Below, piece after piece: positions 1 to 14,433 of a stretch of DNA of 64,000 nt; position 1 is the first letter of the stretch; each line of letters opens with the position of its first letter. Below the pieces are notes generated by a model. The model was not told where the DNA came from. It did not search any database and saw only the letters and a program-made list of their open reading frames with translations. The DNA comes from Lepidodermella squamata (Eukaryota; Animalia; Gastrotricha), in contig JBLDXI010000012.1 of assembly GCA_047495785.1 (NCBI GenBank), forward strand, positions 1,178,001 to 1,242,000, given 5' to 3'. The position numbers were made by a program, and so were the translations under genes.

Positions 1-3000
1 GCGTGTTAGAGAAATACTTCGCAGTCCCGGTGAGGGTACTTTGAAGATAGGCACAGTCTTGCGGCGCAGGGAATGCTTTGAGAAAATGAGATTTGAGAAG
101 TTATAGGGAACTCCTAAAGACAAAGTCTTACGTTTGCAAACTATGTCAGTTCCAGCGTAAAAGCCAGATCCCAGATCAGGCAATGGCATTCGAATGATAT
201 CTCCACTTTCATACTTGTTAGGGTGGTTACACGTGTGAAGCGTTACTTGCATTGCACCACATAGAGGCGTAGACTTCGCATTGTACGCATCAATAGCAGC
301 TCGGCGTTGAATGGCGAGCGTGATTTCTATCAATGGCGTCGATGAAGCAAAGGCATTCCATACGGCTGTTAAAGGGAGCGAAGGGTCCAGTTTCCCGAAC
401 AAGAACGCAGAGTAGCAAGTCGATGTGGACGTGAACCACCAACCGCCCAGCATAGCCTGAGCACAACCCTGTGATGGGCCCTGGTCTGCAGTTGAAAATT
501 CGAGACCGTTGTGATCGGAAAGGGAGTCGCCTAATAATATCAGTTAAACTGGGTCTTTCAAGTTCATCAAAGGAACTTACCCGCCGTTCCAGCCCCTAAA
601 CGGAATCCAGAGACAAAAAGGCGGTATCCGTCACTTTCACTCGTTATTCTGAAACTGTCGTAGTAAATCGTGGCGGTTTGACCATTATTGGCCTTCATGT
701 ACACCCTTAGCTGATACGAGGCAGAATTAGTGAGCTTGTTCAGATTTTCATTTCCTGTGTAGAAGTCCGAGCCTCCATATCCATTGTTCCCGAAGCCTGC
801 TTTATAGTCAGCCCAGTTCTTTTCGAAGTCAAATGTTTTGACTGTTCGGCGGGCAATTAGCTGAAAAATATAGGTAAGTGTCATGGGATTTCGAAATTTG
901 AAATGCAAACCGTCCATCCTTTCAAGCCAGTTGCATCTGCTGACATTTGACAAGGCAAACGAGTAGCCCCCAAGCCAAAGGGGTACATCCAATACCGAGC
1001 ATCACTCGCAGTTCCACCGTACTGATCCAAAATATGCTTGCAATCAACAGGCTTTTCACCTTTCAAGTATTCCTCAACATTAAGAAGCTCAAACATCAGG
1101 AGAAATCTTACTTGGTCTCTTAATCATCATGACCATAGATTTCAGAGATTCGTAACGGCCCTTCCAGGTAGCCCAATTCATGCCCATTTCGAAGTCACTG
1201 CTGCCGTAGGCGCCATTCACATTCGACTCGAGGCAGTAGCCACTATTGACAGCGTACATGTCTTGATCGTAAAACCAACCACCACTACGACTCTTTGGGC
1301 AATAATCGCTGCTGGACTTATCATAGGTTTTAAATGTTTTGGTTTTGTGAACCGAAAGGCTGTCGCCTTAATTGAGGAAAATTTGCGCTATGTTTCCTCC
1401 TAAAAATTGGACTTACCAGGAGTTTCGATTTCCGATGTGACATAGCTCCCAAAATTCAAATCATACAGCGTAGTAGAATCTCCGATGATAAAGCTTGTGT
1501 AATACGCTGTTCGCTTCTCCCCTGTGTAGTCTTCCATCACGATAGCTAAAGTGTATGGCAGATTGGTTTTCTTGAAGTCGGTTAGAGTGCGTATGTTGTC
1601 ATTCCCTAAGTAGAAATTTCCACTCGGGTTGCCGAATCCTTTTGCATAGGTGTCCCAGTTTTGAGTGAAGTTGACTGTACCGTCGTAGTGTCGTGCAATG
1701 GATGTCCAACCACCTCCTAACGCAGCCATGTCGCAGTACACATACACCGTAGTCGAAAGAGAGACATCTGTCGGGTAGATGCGATAGACACCCGAACCAG
1801 CGGTAGGATTATTCTGCAATATATCTTCGCAGTCGACTGGGTACGGGTACGTAGGGAAGAAAGCTGGGTAGATAATACAGAAAATGGCTTGGCGATAAGG
1901 ATATTCATAAAAAATGATTACTAGGCAAAGAGTAAGGCATCGGTGATCGGCGGATCATCATTTTAGCTGTTTTGACCGATTCTAGATAGCCCTTGAAGGC
2001 GTACCAGTTGATTCCCTGCCCATAATCTCGCGACCCATAAATTCCGTTAAGATTACTGAAACGGATGTGATTGAATGCCAGCAGGTTCAGAAAAGAAATT
2101 AATTTTGCTATTCACTGACCTGTGATGACAACCATTGTACCACCAAGCTCCATAGTACTTTGTTGCGCACTGATAAACGTTGTCTTTATCCTTGGTTGCG
2201 AAAGGCATATTGTTATGCACTGCCAAGGAGTCTCCAGCGTTCCCGCAAACGAAGTTGCCCAATCTCAACCTGTAGTTATCGCTCTCGTTTTCAATCAAGA
2301 AGCTGTCATAATTAGCGATGGCTATCGTGTCGTCGAAAGCCGTCAAAACAACCAGTAGAGAATATTTATTTATTCCAGCAGTAAGTCTATTGATGTTGTC
2401 GTTCCCGAACCAAAAGTTGGTCGACAAAAATCCGAAACCGGCCTTGTACGTCGCCCAGGTTTGGTAGAAATCTTGAGTCTTATCAACGCGACGCTGGATC
2501 ACAGTCCAGCCACCCCCGAATGCAGTCATTTCGCAGTAAACCTTCATCGCCGCTTGCCCTGGAGGATAGATCGTGTACTCGCCACTAGGTAAGCTAGGCT
2601 GATGGAAGGCCAAGTCCTCGCAGTCGATGGGTTGGAATGACCACTGCTCTATTGTCAAAAAATTAGAGTATAGGCATATAGAAATTTCTCTCCAGTTATG
2701 TCCTACCGCAATGCTCCCATGGATTAGAAACGCTCGAAGTTTGATAATTAGTTTTGTATCCGATTGGACACAAACACTTGCACCCGTCTGAGTTGGTACA
2801 ACAAGTCGAGCAAGAAGCATGTGGAGGGCATCCAAATATCTTCATTCTCATGACACTTTGAGTGAGAAACTGCAGGGGCTGTATTCGCAATACACTAGTC
2901 CGAATGGGCGGGCAAAACCTTGCAGAAACGTAGTTGTTCGGTGATCTTCCGCGGCCTCCTGCTATAGGCTATCAAAATGCGACATAATTTTTTCATACTA

Positions 3001-6000
3001 ATATTTCGCGAGAGATACCTTGACAGGCGAAGTAGGATCAGTTTGAGTTGTTAGAATGGGGTAGAACATATTCAAACCTTTATTGTCTACTTTGAACCAG
3101 ACCCCGTAGGTTGTAACACGGCCATTGTTATTGCCAGCAACTTGAATCATGCTTACCGTCATTGGTTTACCAAAATCCACTTCAAGGTAAGGCCTGACAT
3201 CCGTGGTCAGCGGAATCCAGCCTTTCGTCGGGTCCTGGCCGAAAACAGCGAATTTTGGATCCTCTTGTGCGCTCGAGGCAGTCACTCCGTTACCACCCCA
3301 TTGCTTAGCATAAGCTAGAGGTAATAGGTCAGTAGACTCGCACACTGGGGGAGGGGCATCAATGAAGTAATTAACGGGCTCAGTGATGGGGGTGCTGCAA
3401 GTTGATCCAGTGTAGCCAGCTGGGCAGAAACACTGACAAGTTCCAACCTCATCGCAACAGTCAAAGCCTTATTAGAGAAAATCAAACGAATGAGACGAAA
3501 AAACTTCGATTATCAGTTCATACATCTTTTCCCGCGACCCGTACAGCCAAACAAGTCAAGTAGCAATCCTGGATTCACGTTGTAAGTATTAGGGACGATG
3601 CGTAACGAAATTGCCCTGATCGGTGGGCAGAATGTTTGCTGCACGATAGCAGAGGTACCGGTGTTGGGCCCAGCAAATAGCTAGATTTAAAAGAAAAAAC
3701 TATAACCATGCTGCAGGTAATCGTTAAGTTTCAGGAATCACCTTAGGAGTTCCTTCGGAATTATAATAGAAATTGTAAGTGTATTCATGTTGCACTGAGG
3801 ACCATTTAATGTAGTAGGAGGTGATGTAGCTGTTATCCCCAGTAACTTGCCGGCCACTCATCATGAGACCAGTGATGACTTTGACAACGCTGAAAGTGAC
3901 CTGCCAATAGTTGGCTGTGTCAGAAGTTGTCGGAATCCAACCATCCTGTATCATGTTTGCCCAGTCGTTGACATTCTCTGGTTTCATTGGTGCACCACTA
4001 CCGAAGGTTCCGCCATTACCTGAGTCAGCACCAATATATTCGGGCAGAAATGGAAACGCTTGTTTCGTCGCGGCAGACCACCAAGAAGTATCAGAATTGA
4101 GGAGCAATTCGGTCCAACAATCACAGAATGGACTCGCTGAGGAGACAAATTAGCAATAAAAAATCGACTAGAAGTCAAACTTACGAGATACAGCAGCATC
4201 ACAGCCGCGCAGGTCGATTCTCAAAGCTGGGCGATTCGTCCAAGCACTCGGAGTTAGCAGTAATTCAGCAACAAGTACTCGAGGGCAGATTTCTTGATTG
4301 TTCTTGATAGTGCTCTTAGCGGCGCCGGCAAAGGTGATAGGCCGAAGCTTCACATGCAAAGCTATCGCACGGCGAACGTAGAAATCTTCCCAAGACGTCG
4401 CTGATGCCGCTGACTTGTACTGAAGAGCATAGTTAGAGACAAGACCTGATGAACCTCCAATTACACTAATTGCGCGTAAGAAAACGGGGTTGATGAAAGC
4501 AAGCTACACGAGATCACGACAGTAATGGTGAGATTATAGTTGTTATAAAGTGATATGACCTTAATCCATGGCGTTGAATCACTCGTGGCTGGTAACCAAG
4601 GCATTCCATTGGTCACCATAACTTGAGGAGCTGCTGATGTTATGAATGAACTAACAGTGAAACCAATCGTGGAATTGAAATATTGCGAGGTCATTATGTT
4701 CTCCCCGCAGATGGATGGCGATGATCCCACTGAAATAACCAATATTTAGATTCTAGATTGAATAATATCTCAAATTACTTTTAGGGCAAGCATTTGAAAG
4801 CGTCATGGCACTCTTCTCGCATACGTATTCCTTGGTGGTATATAAATAGTCGAGGTCGTACCATTCGTACAGATTGTTGCTAAAAATCGCAAAGCCAGGC
4901 TCAGTATTTTTTCCTGACCAAGCCATGTTCGGCTCCGTGTTTCCTAAATCTGCGTACTGCCAGTCGGCTAAAGTTGTCCCGTCATCCCAATCAAGCCACG
5001 CTGTTACAATTTGGAAGTTCAGGCCCTTCTAAGGTAAGTGATTTTAAGAAGCTCACATAACGGCGTGTTCCCCCCGGAAATCAGCGGGAACCTCGTGCGG
5101 TAGAGCCCGATGAAGAACGTAGACGCACCAGAAGCAGAGAATCGCCCAGCGAATGTTCGAACGAAATTGTCCTCGATACCGGTGTTCATCGTCACTGTAT
5201 AAGCCCCGAAAAAGTCGCAGTATCCCCTGTATTGGTTTTGGTAGAAGTCATTTGTAAATTTTATGTATTTGTAGCACTGGCCATTGAAATAGGTCCATCC
5301 TATCTCGCATGTCAAACACGGCTGAGTTCTTTCACATATAAAATATCTGTTAGTAGAAGACGACGCAAGCACAGATGTTGCTAAGATAGTAGGCGTGCTC
5401 GAAACATTTGCATAGTCGACATATGAATAGCCATTCCCAGTAGCTGGGTGCCCAGATCTCCAAAACTTTCCTAGGGTCGGAAATTTCGGGTCGTTGTTGT
5501 CCCAAATCCATTCTTGAATAAGGTTTTATTATGAAGGTTAAATTATGGGATTTGCTTACTGTTGTCGGGATCGGTCGTATACTTGACGAACAAGATACCA
5601 CTGCTTTGCTTGGTCATGCTGTTGTCAAGCCCGATCCAGAAGGTTTGACCATTAGGGACTGATAAGGAAGCCAGATAATTGGCGATTTCGTCTTGAACAG
5701 TGTCCCCGTTGATCGAAACAAGACCATAGGAACCAAACATTTCCCAGCATCTCCTTCGCGCTAATAGCGGGTCGGAGGCTGTTTCGCTGCAGAGAATAAA
5801 TTCTAGTGAAAGTTGAGCAAACATTCACCCACTTACTTGAGCACAACTTTTATGCACGTCCCTCCCGGTTTCCCAGCAGAAATCCATTTGAAGCCAAGAG
5901 GGCACATGTCTAATTGCACAGGGCGGAAGCATATTTAGTAATTATTCATTGGGTTATTTCGTCGCAAACCTGAACAGGACTGCGCCGATGGAACAGTGCA

Positions 6001-9000
6001 AATTGGATAGCGAGGATTAACACAAGCATCCACATTGATTTTCATATACGTTTTATCGATGAACGCGCAAGGTTGTTGCCACGTGTTAGTCGGCGCAGCT
6101 GCCAACCGGCTGTATGAGCTTGATTCACCATCCCAAGTGTAGGGAGCTATAGTGGGTAACCTTCTTAGCAGCGCTCCCCAAAATAACCGAAAACTCACTT
6201 GTTTTCGACAAAATCAAATCAGTCCAAACTCGTTTGCTAGACGCTGTAAGGTACTGCTCGAGAACCTCGTTTTCGTAACGATTCAGCAGGGCAAGCGGTT
6301 CCAATCCAGCAGCCTTACAAGCTCGCACAAAGTTATCTCGATTGGGCGTTTGATCGTTGAACACCCAAATGCATTTATTAGGGGCGACTCTGAGAGGTAG
6401 CGTAAACCCAGAATTTTGATAGAACGGTGTGAGACCCGCAGTTGGAATAGGGTTCCGGCACCCTGTTTTGCGAAAAAACATTAAAACTACCCACCGAGGG
6501 AGGAAAAGGTACCTAGGCAAGGGCTGGCGATTTCGCAAATGAAGGTATAGTAATGACTAGAGCTCGGTGAAATCACAGTCATATTTAAGGAAGCGCTATT
6601 CGGCTGGTTAGTGTAGTCGAAGCCGCAAACTGGCGTTAATCCAGGCGGTGTTTTCTGCACCAGAGCTCCGTAGCAATCACTGTTAGCGCTCATCTGCTTG
6701 TTAACGATAGTCGCGCTAATAGGAACGGTGCCATCAGGCCACGCCCAAACTCCATACATGTCTGAAGAGATTGTTATTCAAAACTTATTACGGGTCCAAG
6801 GAATCTTACTTTTGCTAAGAGCTGTCCAATAGGTGCTTTGGGTGAATTGAGCATCAACTATCAAATTCTGCATTTCATTGGCGGTTGTAAATGAGACAAG
6901 TGTGGCGCCCTGGTTGGTACACTGCTGTATCGCCTGTGCTCGGGTTTGCCTAAGCATTAAATTCAATACGTGAAATCATGCCAGCTCAGGTTTTCCATGA
7001 AACTTGCCATGTGGTAGAAAACATGTAGCACTTGTTATTGTTTTGATTGAATTTGAAGCCACAAGGGCAGCATCGATCCTGGTCGGCCGAATATTGGATA
7101 TGAGCGACAATATTTCTTTAGCAAAAAACTTGCTTTGCAAGATGTTGTCGTTGTTGAAGTTGTAGTCGTTGACGTTGTGGGCGCATACAGTCTCTGATAA
7201 TTAACCTGGCAAACCGTATTCGAGTAATACTGATTATTCACCCAGCCATAGCCATAGGGGTAATAGACCATCTGTAGCTGCCAGCCATTATTAATATAAC
7301 CAGCAATAGGCGCATAGGCAACAGTGCTCGTGTCGACCGGTTGATTAGTGTCCTGCAAAATATTGCAACAGTGTTAACCTGGGAATATTTGCCTGCCATG
7401 CTTCGTCGGTTTATCTAGGACCCGTATTTTCGATTTCTTCGATAAAATGTGGCTGAGGTATTGGCAAGACTAAGCTATAAGGTAATACGTGTAAATCCTT
7501 ACTTCCCAAATCCAACGTCCTGAATCCAAAGTAACTCCAAGCCAGAATTGGTCATTCTTATAGTACTTTTCTGCGAGCCAAGCGGCCAGTGCCGCCAATC
7601 CAGAAGTTTTCGGTGTCATCAAATTACTCTCCGCATCCCACCCCCAGCACCAACTCTTGGCATTAGATGAACCAGTTACACCATATCTCGAGAAACATTT
7701 GTCAAGAAATTTGAATCCGTCTGGCATAGAATCAATCATAATCAATGGCTTCGTTAACAATGCTCTGACTTTTACCTGTGCAAATCTTGCAGGCATGTGA
7801 GTACTAAAGCGCGATTCGGATAGTTTACATAGCATGCCATTAACTCGCAATGCTTACCTCGCAAATGTAGTTGCGCGAATTATCGGCGCTGATATCTTCG
7901 ACTTTTACCACCCACTGTGTGCCGTTTTGACGCAAGTACGCAACGTCTTGGCTGTTAGCTGGGTTATCTTCCCAAAGCAACCAGCTAGCATCTGCACTGG
8001 TGTAAAAGCTGTTCGAGTTCTTGGTGAAGGGAGGTCGGATTGTCATTCTATCATCCAGTGACAACCACGTGTTGTCTATTTGGAATTTTCCGAGATTATA
8101 GCGAAATTATTTGGAGTGCTAAAAGTTTACCCGAGTCGGAAGATCCGAGCCAAGAAGAGTAACTTGAATGAACTTTCCTATTTGCCACGAGGGATAGGAA
8201 GGTATATTCAAAGAATTAGTTCATCAGCGCGGCTTACTTGAGGTAATCCTAAATATGCGACAATGTTAGGCAAAACTCGAACGCAACGGTTTTTCTTACT
8301 TGAAACCCGGTCCAGTAACCTTTGCCGTCCGAGCTGGATACGCCACTCATCTGCATAATATCTTGCAGCTCTTCTAAGCTATTCGGAACAAATAGATGAG
8401 CACCATCATCGAGACAATCGTAATTTGCTTTCTTGTATTTCTCATTCGCGTTGCTGATGAAAAGGCGTATACGACAGTAAAATGAAATGGGCACTCAAAA
8501 TTTGACTTACTTCACTTTGTAACAGCTGCAAATATTTCAGGGGTTGAAAGGTTTACAAAAATCAAACAAATCAATATAAAATTATCTTACCTCTCCCAAC
8601 AAGCATTATAAGTGTAACCTTTCGGGCATGGCGCTAGTTTTAAAATGAAGAAGATAATCATGAAGTGGGAAGTGCTTAACACTAACGAGTTCCACTACAA
8701 GATGGGGCGCAATAACTCGGCAAAGTAGTTGTTGTCGTTACGGGCGTAGTCGTTACTACGACCGCAGGAGCTGGTGCCCCGGTAGTAGTCGGCTGTTGAT
8801 CAACAATAAACCCATCAATAACCCAGCTTTTTACGACAAGGCTAGATATTTTACCTGAGATCTAGCGTCAATAACCGGCCCCTGACACGCAATGTTAGCC
8901 GGTGATACATTGCTTGTGCATGGAACGTCGACCCAACCTTTGGCTGTCGCCATTGTACACTTGTTTTGGGTTTGATCTTGGGGTCTGTTCGTTGTTATAT

Positions 9001-12000
9001 CCCATCGCACATCATAAGGATCCTGCAGGACCTTATTCGCATTCTCCCACAGGTAATCAGCTGTTAAATTAGCCCCTGAATTTAGTTCTCAAATGAAACA
9101 ATGCCGATTCTTACATTTCAAGTGATTATAGCCTATCCAACCATTTGTTATGGCCGCCGAAGTTGGGTAGAGCCCAGAAGCCCAGTAATTGAATTCAAAT
9201 TGCTGCCGAACAGCCGATAGCTTCCCATCCCGAGCTTCACAAGACTGGCTAGCAACTAATCGGTCAACTGGAGTTCCAACTCCTCGCGAATAGCATCGAT
9301 CAAAAATGCGCGTGTCACCAGGCCTGCACTGTTGAGAACAAGGATTGGCGATTTGGCACACAACGGGGTAAGTGTTTGAGGACGGAACAGCCCTGAGTAG
9401 TGGATAGACTTTATGCTATAAGTTAGGAAAGAAGTCTAATCTAGGAGATATCTCATAAGTTCAACGTTACCGGAACTACACACGCGTAGTTATCGGTGCT
9501 CCAATCTTGGTAACGGACCCATAGTGAGCTAGGAACTTCAACGGGTGGGAAGCTTTCCCAATACCACTTCTTATCGATTACATCGCGGTAGACGCCCAAC
9601 CAAACACAAATGTCATCTGGCGTATTCCAGTAATCGACAGGCCATTTCGCCAGGTTGATGTAAGAGTCTGAGGCTAGCCACGAAAAAAAGCTGGCCAAAT
9701 TTTTCTGAGCGTTGCCGTAAGGAAATGAAGCCAAGGTTCCGCCTTTGTAAAGAGGGTACATTTTATTAAAACAATTTGCTCGAAATGTAAATCTTTTGTA
9801 CCATATTTGACACATTCGGAGACAGCAGCATCGTATGATACAGGGTTTTCTAAGAACCTTAAAATTATGACAGAAATTTTCCAACATGAAAGTTCCCCAA
9901 GTTACTAACTAACAGAGAGCTATTCAGAGCTTTTAGGAAGATGCAGTTTCCGTCGACCAGCAATGAATCGCATGGGCAGCAGTTTTCTGTTGAGAGACCT
10001 GTTCAGTTGCATTATGAATTGATGCAACAATTCACAATAAAAAGAATAAAACATACTCGCAGCATCAATTGTGTCCGGATTAAAACTACCAAGGAGTTTG
10101 CCTGAGTAACACGTTTCAATAAAAAAGACGGATTTTCAGATGAATCATGATTACTTGTAGTCCAAACGGAGGATCCGTCTGGAGTGAATGCAGAGCTTCC
10201 AGCGTAAACTTGCAATACAGGTAGGTTGCAAGTTTGGCCTTGTGAAAAATAGCTTATGCAATAGCACCAAGAACTAATTTTCTCAAGTTACCAGTCCATT
10301 GGCCAGCGCAATAGCAGGTATTACCGCCGGGCGATTGACAAATTCCTCCATTCGAACATGTTGGGTTACAAATCGGAATCTGGCAATATGTGCCTTGCCA
10401 ATTCGTTTTACATGTGCAAACACTGGCGGTTCCATTATCGACGCAGTTTCCGGAAACGCAAGCGGGGTTGCAGTTAGGGGTCGTGCAATTTGCCCCAGTC
10501 CAGCGAGAAGGGCAGGTACAAAAGTTGGGCCCTGAGCAGGTGCCGCCATTTTTGCAAAAAGAGGCCGGGCATTGGCTGGTCGTACAATCAGGACCTGTCC
10601 AGCCTGGTGCGCAGTTGCACTGGCCAGCAACACAGGTTCCACCGTTTTGACACGTCGCTGGGCAAGCTGTTAAGAGCTGGAATGCAACATATTCGTAAAT
10701 TATCGAATGCTCTTACTGATATTGCAGGTTGGGCCATTGAAAGCTGTCGCGCAAACGCATTGCTGGCTTCTGCAAGTTCCGCCGTTTTCACAAGGCGGAG
10801 AGCAGATTTCATCCGTGCAGACAGTTCCGGTCCAGTAACCAGGGCATTTGCAGTAGCCAGCAACACAAGTTCCGCCATTTTGACAATCGGGATCGCAATA
10901 GTCTTCAGGAATTGATATTTTTAAGACTTCGAAACAAGGGATCAATGCCTTTTTATACCTTGGTTGCATGTCGACCCGGTGTACCCGAAATCGCAGATGC
11001 AGAACGACCCGATACCGCATGTCCCGTGGACACAAGATGGCGTGCAGAAAAAAGTTTCGCAGCTCAATCCTGTGGTCCCGGGTCTGACAAACCAGAGATA
11101 ATGAAACTTGCGATAGAAGCTAGTGTATGATAAACTAACAGGCATGAACAGACACCAGCGGAAATACAGCTTCCACCATTTTTGCAAGATGGCGAACATA
11201 TGGGCGTTGAACAGTCAGGACCACGCCATTTCCCAGCCGTGCACCTGATTCATTTTATTCTTCAAAACGAGATATAGAAGTGAAAGTAGTAACTTACGTG
11301 CATGTGTCAGGGGCTGAAAGTCAAGGAGCGAGTTTAGGGTTAACTTTCATAAGAATATAGGTCGAAATTGCTTACCTGTGCAGTTTCCGTTGTGCAAACA
11401 AACCTGTGCTGGCAATGAATTTCATGAAATTCCTCCTGTCTAAATAACTCACCTGATTGCACTTGGCTGTAGGGAAATAATGTGTAAATTCACTTTCTTG
11501 ATTTCAGGCATAAAAACTTACCAACTGTGCAATCGATATTACTCCAACCGGTGCTGATAAAGCGAGGATCATCATTTCATCTGCCACGAAAAGCGATGAA
11601 AACTTACACACAGGCGCAAGGTTGCCCAGGGGCTGGACACGTTCCACCGTTTTCACATCGAGGAGTGCAACGGGCTGAAAAAAGTCCCGTTTATGCGATA
11701 CAGAATCCAAGAACGAAACTTACGAAATTTGCAACCAACACCGTCAAAGGTTGATGTACAGCTGCAAATGAAAACCAATAAGATGGATTTAAGAATTGGG
11801 CTTGAATACGTACTCGCATGTATCAGGTGCAATACATGTACCTCCATTCTGACAAGGTATAGTGCATATAGCTGATGGAAAATTGTTAAAGAAAGTTCTA
11901 TGAGGAAGATTCAATTAGCTTACGGGTAGTGCATGCTGTTCCTTCCCAACCCGGCCTATTGGATAGATCAATGTTTGGCGAGGCAAATTCGTGCGAAAAA

Positions 12001-14433
12001 TCGAAACCTACTCGCAAGTGCAAGTGTTTTGAGGGCTGTCGAACGTACAGTTGCCGTGAACGCAGACTGGATTGCAAACTGGCCATTGGCATAGATTTCC
12101 GGACCAAATTGATGAGCAGCTTGAAAATTGGATCATGGAACACCTTTCTATCTAACCATTCAAATCTTACTTGCACGTGTTTGGTTGGTAACAAAAGCCG
12201 CCGTTCAAACAATTTGGTTCGCAGATTGCTTTACATTTAGAAATGATAAATCGCTAAATTAAGAACTTATCATACTTACCAACATCACAAGTTGCATTGG
12301 TCCAACCAGCCCTAATTTTAGACTCGAGTAAGGACTAACATCACGCCCATGTGATAACTTACGTGCAAGAGCAGTTGTTAGGTGCGATACAAGCTCCATT
12401 TTGGCAAGGGGGACTGCAAACTGGGGTCTGGCATGAAGTTCCGGTATATCCGGGCATGCATCTGAATCAGGAAAATCAGTTTTATGTGGCCTGAGCACCT
12501 AACTTAGTGAAATTTACGTGCACTGGTTGTATCCGGTACAGGTACCCCCATTTTTACAGGTAGGCGTGCATGAATCTGTTGGATGATACGAATTTCAGGC
12601 TGATATTAACTAGCACCTCAGTTTTTACATAGAGCGCATGTGGGTCCGGTGCGCTGAATCCTTCAACAAAATCTGCGAGTCATCGGTTTGATCTTATTCA
12701 TATGATCTTTCTTACGTGCAGGTGCATGTGTCGGGCGCCGTACAATTCCCGCTATTCAAGCACGGCGAAGTGCAAATTGGCGTTTGACATTGAGCTCCAT
12801 TCCAACCGGGTTGGCAGCTTGAATAAGCATTAACAATTTAATCAAAACCCGGGCTAATAACAAAAAATCGAGAAAGCTTACACGCAAGTTCCCGCATTGC
12901 ACGTTCCGTTGTTTTGACACCCAGGAATGCAGTTGGCTGAATATTCATATGACTATTTTAAGTTCACCTTTGAAGGGAAAACTTACGAGTTTGACATGTT
13001 GCCCCCATCCAGGAAGGTCTAAAACATTATTGGCTGCAGACATGGGGTTTTATGGAATAAATACTTCTTACGTGCAGGTGCAAACTCCAGGTGAAGTGCA
13101 AGTGCCTCCGTTGCTGCATCCGAGAGAACATACTGGTATCGTGCAGGTTGCGCCAGTATAAGAGCTTGTGCAGTTGCAAGTGTTGGGCCCGGAGCAAGTA
13201 CCGCCATGCTTACAAAGCCCTGTGGTGCAGGTATAAGTCTCACAACTAGTTCCAGTCCAACCGCCGGTGCATCTTTTTATCGAGAAATTTCACGTTTTAT
13301 TGGTCAAACGAGCTATGAACGGCTTACGTGCAGGAGTTCGCCCCGGTACAACTTCCTCCATTCGCACAAGCAGGGGTGCAAACGGCTGAAAAAAGCGGAA
13401 TTTTTTCCTGCAAGGATAGTACTAATAATAAAGCTTACGGATAGAACAGTCTGCACCAGACCATCCAGTATCACAGGTGCAGCTGAAGCCTGTAGATGAC
13501 GTCGCGTCGGGTTTGCAGGTTTCAGTCAGACAGTTGCTCGAGCAAGCCGCTGCCAGACAATTAGAATTAGTCGTCAGAAACGTTCACATGTGCAAATAAA
13601 TCAACCTTGAAATGTAGGGCACAGCGCTTTTAAGGCAGCTATTTCTGCTGCCGAACTGATTGACTGCTGAAATATTGACAGACAGGCGTATTGGACGGTT
13701 TTGTAGGTATCCCATCCAAAAGGATTCGTTGTTTTGTCATTTCTGAGTGGAATCATGATTTTATTAAAAATAAGTGGTGATGGACTTGACTATACCTTAT
13801 AACACCGAGGGTACATGTGCCAGTTGTAGCGTATTCAGCATACGGATCGGTAACTGTTACAACTGTCGATTTGCAAATCACGCGAATCGTTTTAGTTGCA
13901 CTTGCTGCATCCCATGTAATCGCCACAAAGTTCCACCCGCTTTTGATGTTGCACGAGTTATCATTAAACAGGTAGGCTTTAGTTCCAACTGACGATGTCG
14001 AACCTGTGCGGATGTAAACGCGGTTTGTCGAGGCGCTGCTTTTCATGAAAGCCATCTGAGTTGCATCAGAGTTCATGTTACAGTCAAATATTGGATCCCC
14101 ATCGTCCAGGTTTACGTAGAGCGAAATAGTCATCGATAACGTTTTATCTGCATCGGCGAGTGGCCATTTGAAGTCTATGCTTCTTATTTTGAGTGGAATT
14201 ATCGTGGTGGCAGTTTCCATTGCCCCATCTGCTCCATTTGGCCCTGTTACAAATGGCAAACCGGACGTGTTCGAAGTAGACAAGGCCAATGTCTGATCGC
14301 CACTTGTTGGGTTGCGGCCGAATTGCTTGTTCATAGGCCAAAAAGCCAACAGTTTTGTCATGTCCAGCTGGCCCCATGAAACACTACAGAAGCTGAAAAG
14401 TAATATATACCCAATCGCCGCCGGTGACGGCAT
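1..14433 (-). CDS. Giant secreted multidomain protein: signal peptide, LamG/concanavalin-like domain, roughly 20 EGF-like repeats, several C-type lectin domains, 3 F5/8 type C (discoidin) domains, 3 fibrinogen C-terminal domains; many exons; 3' end lies beyond the left edge
   Basis: The ATG at 14433 begins MPSPAAIGYILLFSFCSVSWG (signal peptide). EGF motifs (CxxPCxNGGTC...CxCxxGWxGxxC) occupy about 10.0-13.5 kb. CTL motifs (CxxGWTYFNGQCY, FWIGL/FWLGV, YICE) occupy about 4.8-9.9 kb, and F5/8 motifs (WIPxxxD.YLEVDFG, ALRIDLRGC) about 2.9-4.7 kb. FBG motifs (VYCEMTAFGGGWTVIQRR...YKAGFG...FWFGNDNI, GAWWYNGC) occur at about 1.9-2.65, 1.1-1.85 and 0.35-1.05 kb. The reading frame joins across short introns at the junctions I checked. 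Confidence 0.85.
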
